From contig CAXXJV010000001.1 of assembly GCA_963663475.2 (NCBI GenBank), positions 1,920,001 through 1,984,000 of the forward strand: a stretch of 64,000 nt of DNA. The letters are read 5' to 3'. Positions 41,888 to 50,794 of the stretch are shown piece after piece. The stretch comes from Candidatus Cloacimonadales bacterium. GTDB taxonomy: Bacteria; Cloacimonadota; Cloacimonadia; Cloacimonadales; JAFGVF01. The notes beneath the pieces are model-generated. The model was not told where the DNA came from and searched no databases. It was given only the letters and a program-made list of their open reading frames with translations. How positions within the stretch are numbered: the first letter of the stretch is position 1; every line of letters starts with the position of its first letter. The translations under genes were made by a program, and so were the position numbers.

Positions 41888-42616
41888 TTATAGTTTTCCT
41901 TTCATTCTATAACTATTTCCATCTATTAGAACTGTTTCTGCATGATGAACTAATCTATCTACTATAGCAGTAGTTATTACATTATCTCCAAAGGATTCTC
42001 CCCACTCTTGGAATAGCCTATTAGAGGTAATGATAATAGACCTATATTCATATAACTCATTTATTAGCTTAAAAAATAAACTCGCATTTACTGCCTTAAT
42101 AGGAAGATAGCCTATCTCATCAATAATAATAAGATCATTTTTTACTAACTTTGAAATCCATTTTTTGAAGTTATTTTCTACATTAGCAATAATCATTTCA
42201 TCAATTAGGTCATTCATATTGTAAAAAATAACTTTATATCCTTTTAAGATAGCTTCATATCCTAAAGCTATAGATATATGAGTTTTACCTACACCAGGAG
42301 GACCCATTAATATTTTGTTTTCTCTGTTATCTATCCAAGTAAAGTCCTTCCACTCAGTAATCATTCTTTTAGTTATTGAATGCTGATATTTAAAATCAAA
42401 ATCATCAAAACTTTTCAAAAGAGGAAATTTTGACCTTCTAATCTGTAAATTTATCATCGTTTGATTTCTACTATTGCATTCATTATCAATTACATATGAA
42501 AGAAAATTCATATAAGATAACTGATTATCTTGTGCATATTTAAGATATGATTCTAAATTATTAATAGTATGCCTGCATCTTAGTCTAAATAGATTTTTCT
42601 TTAATGTTTCGATCAT
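41888..42616 (-). CDS. istB: IS21 helper ATPase IstB
   Basis: GPPGVGKTH, IIDEIGY, ITSNR, DRLVHH, GNSYR. Confidence 0.95.
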   Translation of the reverse strand: MIETLKKNLFRLRCRHTINNLESYLKYAQDNQLSYMNFLSYVIDNECNSRNQTMINLQIRRSKFPLLKSFDDFDFKYQHSITKRMITEWKDFTWIDNRENKILMGPPGVGKTHISIALGYEAILKGYKVIFYNMNDLIDEMIIANVENNFKKWISKLVKNDLIIIDEIGYLPIKAVNASLFFKLINELYEYRSIIITSNRLFQEWGESFGDNVITTAIVDRLVHHAETVLIDGNSYRMKGKL

Positions 42617-44097
42617 TTTTTTACCACCTTATTATAAATTGATAAATCTCTCTGTATAACTGATTTTTTTGTTTCTATTATCCCATTGACTTGATTTTGA
42701 TAGTTAGCAGATAACTTATTGCCTTTTATCTCTTCTTTGACTATAGACTCTATCTTTGTTGCTTTTATATCTTCTAATTCTAGTGCTTTAGAAATTATGT
42801 TTGACCAATTTAAGTATTTATTTTTATTATACATTTTTAAAAATGCTAATAGTTGCTCTCTGGGATTTCTGTGATTATGTGCTATGAGTAAATTTAATAA
42901 AAGGATTATCTTGTCATTATTGGGGAATAGTGAGCAAATATCTTCCTTTATATTATTAATTGTTTTCGAGTAGTCTATGTAATGACATTGAGATATGATA
43001 GGTTTTGTTCTTTCTCTGGAAATCCTATGAGATGCAACTTTTTTTCTACTATTCCTATCTATTATTTCTAAAGTGTCTTCATTTTCTTTAACTATAACTA
43101 TCTTTTGTTGATAGATATAAGGAACTGAATATTTGTTACCATTCCATGAGATAAGACCTGTTTTATCTACTTTTCGTGTCTCTGCAATATTCAGGTTATA
43201 TCTTCTTAATAGTTTTTCTTCTTCTTTAAACATTACTATAGGTCTTTCTCTAAGCGTACTGTGGATACGATTATTTACTTCTTCTAACCAGCTTTTTGAT
43301 TTCAACTTAACTTCAGATAAACTAGTAAATACTTCACCATCAAGAAAATCATACTTAACTTCTTGAACTTGTCTTTCTACCAACCCTTTACTTTCAGGAT
43401 CATAACCTTCACAAACATAAGGACTTATTGTTAGATTATTCATAAATTGAAAAAACTTATTATTATAAGTTACTTCTCGATAAATCTCCTTTATAACGAC
43501 TAGTTTTGTTTGATCATAAACCATTGTCTCTGGGATATATCCAAAATATTCAAAGCAATCTTTATGGGCTTGGATGAAGTCTTGAGTCTTATAAGGTCTT
43601 GTTTGAAAATGTACATATTTCATTCGTGAATAGCAATAGCTAAACACACAAAAGTATATTTTTAACTTGCTCTTATCAGATAAATAGATATTATACTCTC
43701 CGGGATCAACCTGCATCTGATTTCCTGGTTCATAATTGACAACTCGATAATAACGCTTAGTTGGTTGTATTAAATTATTTTTTATTTTTTTTGAAAAATT
43801 AAAAAAAGCTCTTTGTTTTACAGGTAATTTTCCATGCTGTTTGGATAATTTACGATATAATTTACTTAATCGCATATTAGGAAATTTTGTTAAATGTTTG
43901 CTAATTTCTTCCCTGTAAATTTCGAGCTTACTTGTTCGATTGACTTTCATTAAAGTTTTTTCTACGGTTTCAATGTCTTTTTGTAAGTAACCCATAACTG
44001 TTGTTTTAGAGATACTTAACTGTTCTGCTATTTCTCTTATACTCTTGCCATTTTCTCTTAATACTCTTATTGCGTGATACACTTGGACTCCTTTCAT
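42613..44097 (-). CDS. istA: IS21 transposase IstA
   Basis: N-terminal HTH, PGNQMQVD, YDQTK, ESKGLVE, YSVP. Confidence 0.95.
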   Translation of the reverse strand: MKGVQVYHAIRVLRENGKSIREIAEQLSISKTTVMGYLQKDIETVEKTLMKVNRTSKLEIYREEISKHLTKFPNMRLSKLYRKLSKQHGKLPVKQRAFFNFSKKIKNNLIQPTKRYYRVVNYEPGNQMQVDPGEYNIYLSDKSKLKIYFCVFSYCYSRMKYVHFQTRPYKTQDFIQAHKDCFEYFGYIPETMVYDQTKLVVIKEIYREVTYNNKFFQFMNNLTISPYVCEGYDPESKGLVERQVQEVKYDFLDGEVFTSLSEVKLKSKSWLEEVNNRIHSTLRERPIVMFKEEEKLLRRYNLNIAETRKVDKTGLISWNGNKYSVPYIYQQKIVIVKENEDTLEIIDRNSRKKVASHRISRERTKPIISQCHYIDYSKTINNIKEDICSLFPNNDKIILLLNLLIAHNHRNPREQLLAFLKMYNKNKYLNWSNIISKALELEDIKATKIESIVKEEIKGNKLSANYQNQVNGIIETKKSVIQRDLSIYNKVVKK

Positions 44098-44632
44098 ATT
44101 GTCTCCTAGATTTCTCTATTTTTTTATCTAGGAAACTGTACCAGATTAAACTGCCATTTGTGTACCAATTTAAAATGCCATCTACACCCTTCTATAAAAC
44201 AAGATAAATACATCTTTCGTCGGACGGTGGACATTCTGTCTGCCATTCTCTTAAACTCCCCGCTTTAGTACTGAAGGTAGGTTTAAAGAGGGGTGGCTTG
44301 GTATTTCCAAGACGGGGTGTTTTGTGAGTCAAGCAGGGATTAATAAAATAATCAGGCTGATTACAGCCTGATGGAAGCAGAGACACTCCACACATAGTTT
44401 CGCTCATCTGGAATATGTAAACTATGGACTGGTAACACCCTTGCCACCACTCCATAAACCATAAAGCTATGCTATTGGAAAAGGTAGCATACTGATTGAA
44501 TAGTCTTAATTCATTTCAATTAAAAAATAATACATAATAATTGACAAAAAACGTACTAGAAGTAAAAAAAGTACTAGAAGTAAAAAATGTAAATGTAAAT
44601 AAATATTACAGTTTAACTTATTGGGAGGAACA

Positions 44633-47446
44633 ATGAGAAAATATCTGCTACTAATAGTTGTAACTTTGCTATGCTCTTTATCAAGCTTATTAGCACAAGT
44701 AGTTTGGGATAACTCGTCCTGTGTATATAGTGTCGACAATAGGAAAAGTGAATTAATATCAAAACAGGATATTGCAACTGGGTCCTTAGTATTTTATAGA
44801 CTTAATAATCAACTTGTATTTGAAAAACTGGATAACTTAGGAAATCCAATCACAGATCAAGTAATAGATTTGAATATACAAGTTAATGAAGAATCGATTT
44901 TAACAGTTAGAAAAAGTTATGATAACAACTTTTTTATTTATTGGAGAGAAGAAAACTTGCTCAAGATTAAGAAAATCAGTGAAGAAGGCAGTGACCTATG
45001 GAATTCGTGTTTAAATATACCAATTCTAGATTATTCAAATAGGATTATTGATGGAATGCAAATTGTTGATGATGAAGAATCTGTCTATTTATTGGTAAAT
45101 TACCAGAGTGATGTTTATGAGGAAGTCTTAGTAAGTTATCAGATTGATGTTATAAATAATAATCCTCAAGAGATTAATCAAAACATTATTTATGAAGCAG
45201 AGGGGCTTTCTTCTTTTACTGGAGCATTAACAAGTGATGGTATAACTTACATGTGGTTACAAGCTGATGAAGATAAAATTTTCATCAAAATAAGTGAAAC
45301 CATTCACGAGATAAACGGGCAAGTAGCTTATTCAACTCAACCTGGATGGAAAGTTAAAGAATGTAAAATTCTTGAGTTAAATGGAGATAAAACTCTTTAC
45401 TGTTTAGTTGGTAAGTATTATGAGTCTTATAATGAAGGATTTTCAGACATTTATATCTATAATGAAGTGACAGAAAGTACTAGTGAAGTATTCACTAATC
45501 AAATTCTTATAGATGTTCAAAGAATCTCTGATAATGAGTTTTTATCTGTGACTATGAGTGATAGTCTTTATTTTACAAGATATGATGCAGTAGGCGATAT
45601 TATTTCTTCAGTTAGCCAGGAACACTATTGTCATGGCTGGAGTCAAGATTGGATTTCTTATCAGCCTTATATCAAAAGTGTTGATTGTAGGCTTGAAAAT
45701 GGGGAATATAAAATTGCTATTGGTTTTATCGGTGTGAGCAGTGACATTGTTACTCCTTCTACAGATTATAATTCCAAATTAGGTATTTATAGCTACAATT
45801 TAGCAAATGATCAGACATCAGCTGTTTTGGGTGACCTAGGGAATTTTACAGAAAATAGAATTTCACTTTATGTATGTATGGGAGATACAAGAGCATCTCT
45901 ATTGAATAAATGTTATCAAGATAATGATTCATCCTACAATCAATATTTTCTGGATTATAATCAAAATTCCCAAGTAAGTCATAATACTTATCAAATTGCA
46001 TTAACTAGTATTTCATATTTAAGAGAAATGAACTCTTTTATTTGGAATGGTAACAGTCGTGTAATAATGAAAGTAAATAATTCATTATTGGAAAATGAGA
46101 TTAATGACATTGGAGAAATAATCATGGAAAATTATCAAGAGACAAATTCTCCTATGTATATACTTGAAAATTTTTCAGAGAATAATTATGTACTTCTTTA
46201 TGCCTATAACTATGATTATTTTGATGACTTTGGAGTAACTGAAGTTACATACGATGTAAGAGCTAAGTTTTATAAAGACAACGGTAGCATTAGTATTGAA
46301 GATATGCCTTGTGAATCGAATTTGCAATCATATTTGGATATTGAAGACGGTGATGGTTTATGGATGACTCCTTTTTATTCTTCTAGTTTCCAAATTCGTA
46401 GAATAGAAAATGGAGTACTTCAAGACCCAATAGATTCCTGGTTTGAGTATGGTAATATACTTATGGTGAAAAATAATTATCTAATCAAGAATGGCGATCA
46501 TCAGTTTCTTATTACTAAAATTAACGATTTCGGTTCTATAACTGAAGGCTGGACTCTTGATGGCTATAGCTTTACAGAAGAGTATGATATCAATATTAGA
46601 AATAAAGAGATTTTCAAATATCAAAACAGACTAATATTCTCTTATTTAACAGGAGCAAATTATAAAATACTTGATGTTAATCCAGAGGATTTGGCCCAAA
46701 CAACTAGCTATGTTTTTCCATGTACTTATATTAATGAGAAAAATGATTTTATTATCGGGAATAAATTCTATAATATACATAATTATGATTCGCAGATAAC
46801 AATATCATGCTATGATATAGATAACAATTTTGCAGAAGTATGGCAAGAATCAGTTGCAGAAAATGTTAGGGATTATGATATTAAAGTCGTAAATAATAGA
46901 TTTGTTGTTGCTTATACTCAAGGTACTGAAGGAAGCGAAAGAGTTTATCTCAGAACTATTAGTTTTTTGGGTAATAGTGATCAGTATGAAGAGGGCTATG
47001 CTTTACCTTTAAACTTAGATAGTCAGTACGATCCTACTATAAGTGTGCTTGATGATAACACTATCTTCGTTAACAGAATTGAGAATAATTCAGCTGATAA
47101 TCCTGGTGTTTATTGTGATTTAATAGACCTTAGTTACTTTGTTCCAAATAACACTGAAAATGTGTCACCTCTTACTTTCACAGCAACAAATTATCCAAAT
47201 CCTTTTAACCCTGAGACTACTATTTCTTATAATCTTACTAAAGCTGGAGTTACTAAAGTTGAGGTCTTTAATTTGAAAGGTCAGTTAGTAAAGACTTTAG
47301 TTAATGAAGTACAAGCTCAAGGTAATCAAAAGGTAATTTGGAAAGGCAATAATAATCAAGATAAACAGGTAAGCTCAGGAATTTATCTGTATAAAATTAA
47401 AAGTACAGGTGGTGTTATAAGTGGGAAGATGGTGTTGATGAAATAG
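44633..47446 (+). CDS. Large secreted/surface protein with T9SS type A / FlgD-Ig sorting domain, copy 2
   Basis: Near-identical to 31508-34321; differences concentrated near the CTD. Confidence 0.9.
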   Translation: MRKYLLLIVVTLLCSLSSLLAQVVWDNSSCVYSVDNRKSELISKQDIATGSLVFYRLNNQLVFEKLDNLGNPITDQVIDLNIQVNEESILTVRKSYDNNFFIYWREENLLKIKKISEEGSDLWNSCLNIPILDYSNRIIDGMQIVDDEESVYLLVNYQSDVYEEVLVSYQIDVINNNPQEINQNIIYEAEGLSSFTGALTSDGITYMWLQADEDKIFIKISETIHEINGQVAYSTQPGWKVKECKILELNGDKTLYCLVGKYYESYNEGFSDIYIYNEVTESTSEVFTNQILIDVQRISDNEFLSVTMSDSLYFTRYDAVGDIISSVSQEHYCHGWSQDWISYQPYIKSVDCRLENGEYKIAIGFIGVSSDIVTPSTDYNSKLGIYSYNLANDQTSAVLGDLGNFTENRISLYVCMGDTRASLLNKCYQDNDSSYNQYFLDYNQNSQVSHNTYQIALTSISYLREMNSFIWNGNSRVIMKVNNSLLENEINDIGEIIMENYQETNSPMYILENFSENNYVLLYAYNYDYFDDFGVTEVTYDVRAKFYKDNGSISIEDMPCESNLQSYLDIEDGDGLWMTPFYSSSFQIRRIENGVLQDPIDSWFEYGNILMVKNNYLIKNGDHQFLITKINDFGSITEGWTLDGYSFTEEYDINIRNKEIFKYQNRLIFSYLTGANYKILDVNPEDLAQTTSYVFPCTYINEKNDFIIGNKFYNIHNYDSQITISCYDIDNNFAEVWQESVAENVRDYDIKVVNNRFVVAYTQGTEGSERVYLRTISFLGNSDQYEEGYALPLNLDSQYDPTISVLDDNTIFVNRIENNSADNPGVYCDLIDLSYFVPNNTENVSPLTFTATNYPNPFNPETTISYNLTKAGVTKVEVFNLKGQLVKTLVNEVQAQGNQKVIWKGNNNQDKQVSSGIYLYKIKSTGGVISGKMVLMK

Positions 47447-47608
47447 GGTCTTGCTTTGCAAGAATTAAAAATGAAAAATAAAAGTGGAATAATAAATTCC
47501 CTGGATTTGATAGATTCTCTTTTTTTATTTAAAAATAAATCTATTTTGCAGATAAGAGACAAGAGGTTATATGGATTATTTAAAATATATTTTTCTTTTA
47601 AACAAAGA

Positions 47609-48340
47609 GGGTGTATGGCAATACACCCCTACAATACCCGGTTTTAGATACGTAATATATCTGTAATAATAAAATGTATTATATATGAGAAATCACAAAT
47701 ACAATCCAGAAATCCATAATCGTCGTTCTATCAGACTGAAGAAATATGATTATTCCCAGCCTGGACTCTATTTTATTACCCTTTGCACCAAAAACAGAGA
47801 ATTTCTCTTTGGTGAAATCAATAATGAAAAAATGTTGCTGAATGATGCAGGGGTTATTGTTATGCAAGAATGGGAGAAAACGCAACAAATAAGAAAAAAT
47901 ATTAAATTAGGTGAATATGTGATAATGCCTAATCATTTTCATGCAATCATACAAATAGAATATCAAATCATGACATCTTCTTCTGAAAATAACAAGAAAT
48001 TCCAATCACCAACCCAAACCATCGGTGCAATTATGCGAGGATTTAAAGGTTCAACAACATTAAAAATAAATAAAAACCTACCAGCCCGTAATCATGGTAG
48101 GGGCGTATTGCCATACGCCCAAAATAATAATAATTCAGTCTGGCAAAGAAATTATTGGGAACACATCATCAGAACAGAAATCGAATATACCAAAATCTCA
48201 CAATATATAATTAACAATCCTCTGTGTTGGGATAATGATAAATTAAATGGGGGAGATGGGAATGCTGTTTTGGAAGATGAAATAGATTATAATTTAAAAT
48301 TATGGATGGTATGATTGTAGGGGCGAAACATCTTTCGCCC
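47609..48340 (+). mobile_element. RAYT locus 2 with REPs at 47609-47632, 48097-48120 and 48317-48340
   Basis: Same layout as locus 1, without the cassette. Confidence 0.88.
47685..48314 (+). CDS. REP-associated tyrosine transposase (RAYT), copy 2
   Basis: HUH and catalytic Tyr motifs as in copy 1. Confidence 0.93.
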   Translation: MRNHKYNPEIHNRRSIRLKKYDYSQPGLYFITLCTKNREFLFGEINNEKMLLNDAGVIVMQEWEKTQQIRKNIKLGEYVIMPNHFHAIIQIEYQIMTSSSENNKKFQSPTQTIGAIMRGFKGSTTLKINKNLPARNHGRGVLPYAQNNNNSVWQRNYWEHIIRTEIEYTKISQYIINNPLCWDNDKLNGGDGNAVLEDEIDYNLKLWMV

Positions 48341-48664
48341 AGAAAGGAAATATTGCAGTCATTTGGGTGCTCTACTCTCTCCAAAATCATAAAGTTTTAA
48401 TTATTTGATAAATAGAAGAATTAAACCTCTTAAATTTGTGACACAGGTTTTTCCATACCAATTAGTATGAAAAAAGTGAAGTCACAATTTCCATTACTGC
48501 AATAATAATCTACTTAAATATCAATATAATAAATACTTAGAAGATGTCTCAATTATTAATCAGTTTATTAATATTTTTAAGTAAGTAATCTACGTCTCCC
48601 TATCATTTGCTGTTTATGACTAATTTTACATTGAACCTAAAAACTGAAAAATTATGATGTACAT

Positions 48665-49141
48665 TATAAAGTGACAGGCGTTTTTTCCTTGTTGTGACAG
48701 CGTGATTTCCATCTTGCAACATATTGAATAGACTTTTATACCCTTTAAACTCCCACACATTAGACACTTAACCTATGACGTCAATGCAAACTGCAAGTGA
48801 CTGAAGTTTTTCCTCTTTGCTTTTAACATCAGCCATTAATGAAAAATAGCTGTCATTTGGGTGACACCATTATTTCCATTTTATAAAGTACTGACTATTA
48901 AACATATAGCCAATATTTACACTTTAAATTTATGACACAGGTTTTTTCATAAGTGTTGAGATGGAAAAAGTGAAGTCATAGCTTTTTGATAACTAAAATA
49001 TCTTTAATATTAAAATAACTTATGATTATTTATCATCTTTCTCGTTATCTCAAAACTTTTTAAGCAAAATCGATGTATCACTTGAGATAGTGAGATATCG
49101 GTTGTTTTAATAAGACATAAACCACAATTGAATACTAAAAT
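48665..49141. mobile_element. Non-autonomous mini element: end A (TATAAAGTGAC...) joined to the inner part of end B, cut by an IS
   Basis: Terminus is the inverted counterpart of GTCACTTTTTA; several RTGAC-N6/7-TTTTCC-like sites; 49041-49141 is homologous to the start of end B. Confidence 0.65.
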
Positions 49142-50794
49142 CTAATCTTTCCGACATGAATTAAGTTGTTGTTTAACAATAAAATAAGTAAAATTACTTT
49201 TTGACAAAAATACCTCGTATATGATTATAGTTTAGTTGTTTACGGAAATAAACGAAACTATAAAAAACGAGGTATATATGCTAAAAGAATACAAACAGGT
49301 AAAAGTGTCAAGCTTGAATTCAGGATTAATAATAGATTTATTTGAAATATTTAAATTTGGGAGTATTTTGAAGCAAGTTGGTATAGTAAAACAAAAGGGG
49401 CATACTATTATAGAACTGATGCTTCTTTTCATGTTCATGATTCTTGAGAATAAAAAGTCCTTATATTTTGGTCTAAAATTCAATAATATATCAAAATTCA
49501 AAACACCAATAAATGATATGCTAAACAACTCAAATTATAAATGGAGAAAATTATTATATAAAGTTGCTTTAAGGTTTATTAAGCTAAGTGATACTTCCTG
49601 TGAAAATGATAATTGTATAATTTTTGATGATACATCGAAAGTAAAAACAGGAAAAAAGACAGAATATATCAGTTGGTTTCATGATCACTGTTTATCAAAA
49701 TACTTCAAGGGGTTTCAAAACATAACTGAAGTGTGGAGTAATGGGGTCTCAGCTGTTGTATTAGATTTTGAATTAAAAATTGGAAAGAAAAAAGTCAAGA
49801 AGTCAAAAAGACCCAGATACCACAAAAGCACTCATACTGAGCAAAGAAATCGTTTTTCAAAAGAAAAAAAGACTCAAATTATCATTAAAATGATAAAACG
49901 CACTATTCAGAGAAAAATACCTTTTAAATATGTATTATGGGATTCATGGTTCAATAACAACACAAGTTATAACTTTGTATTTGAAAGACTTGTACCACTT
50001 GGAATAACACTAGTGTCTATGTTAAAAAATGGTTCCCAGAAATATAAGTTCAATGGTCAATATTATGATTTGAAAACTCTAAACAAAATAGCTGGTAAAT
50101 GGTTTTGTGATAGAAAGTCTGGAATAAAACATAAATCAATTATTGTTGAAGTATTGGATACTTCAAGTTCAAGAAAAATAAATGAAAGAAGAGTAATAGA
50201 CAAGATAAAAATATGTTTTTTTAAGTACCCTAATGTTAAAAGATGGAAGGCTATCTTAACAACTGATTTACGACTTTCAGAAATAGAAGTTCTAAAGATT
50301 TATATGAGAAGATGGTCAATAGAATGTGTATTTAAAGAAATGAAACAATATTTCGGATATAATCAGAGTCATTCTTCAAAATACTCAGCAATGATTGCTG
50401 ATTTGACTATTAGGTACGTATTTTATAACATGCTATGTTATAAAAAACAGCAAAAGCCATATCCTTCAATGGAACAACTATTAATTGAATTTTATGAAGA
50501 GCTTGAAGAGGCTTCATTAATAATATTTATCAATACGATTTTTACTCAAAAAGTAAAAGACTTCATCGATTATTCAATAGCTTATGGATACACAAATTTA
50601 ACTGAGTTAAGAAAGGATGTTGATATTATGATAAGAAAATTCTTTGAAAATGATGAAATTATAGATAAAATCACAGAAGTAGATATTCAGTATAATGGCA
50701 GAATTGCATAATCAACTGATAAAAAGACACATGAGTCTCTATGATGAACAAATTTGTAGTTTATTTGCAATAACTTAGGTGTCGGAAAGATTAG
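49142..50794 (+). mobile_element. IS4/IS701-related insertion sequence (1653 bp)
   Basis: Perfect 15-bp terminal inverted repeat CTAATCTTTCCGACA; no target duplication. Confidence 0.9.
49278..50711 (+). CDS. DDE transposase (IS4/IS701-related)
   Basis: IFDDT, WDSWF, YMRRWSIECVFKEMKQ; start set at the ATG after GAGGT. Confidence 0.9.
   Translation: MLKEYKQVKVSSLNSGLIIDLFEIFKFGSILKQVGIVKQKGHTIIELMLLFMFMILENKKSLYFGLKFNNISKFKTPINDMLNNSNYKWRKLLYKVALRFIKLSDTSCENDNCIIFDDTSKVKTGKKTEYISWFHDHCLSKYFKGFQNITEVWSNGVSAVVLDFELKIGKKKVKKSKRPRYHKSTHTEQRNRFSKEKKTQIIIKMIKRTIQRKIPFKYVLWDSWFNNNTSYNFVFERLVPLGITLVSMLKNGSQKYKFNGQYYDLKTLNKIAGKWFCDRKSGIKHKSIIVEVLDTSSSRKINERRVIDKIKICFFKYPNVKRWKAILTTDLRLSEIEVLKIYMRRWSIECVFKEMKQYFGYNQSHSSKYSAMIADLTIRYVFYNMLCYKKQQKPYPSMEQLLIEFYEELEEASLIIFINTIFTQKVKDFIDYSIAYGYTNLTELRKDVDIMIRKFFENDEIIDKITEVDIQYNGRIA

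Larger units (their letters stand above)
41818..44186 (-). mobile_element. IS21-family insertion sequence (2369 bp)
   Basis: TG..CA ends with repeated GCAGTTTAAAnTGGTACA motifs; istA-istB. Confidence 0.95.
40542..48367 (+). repeat. Tandem duplication unit 2
   Basis: Begins TTCATTATCTTATC as at 29939 and ends CAGTCATTTGGG as at 38636. Confidence 0.9.
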
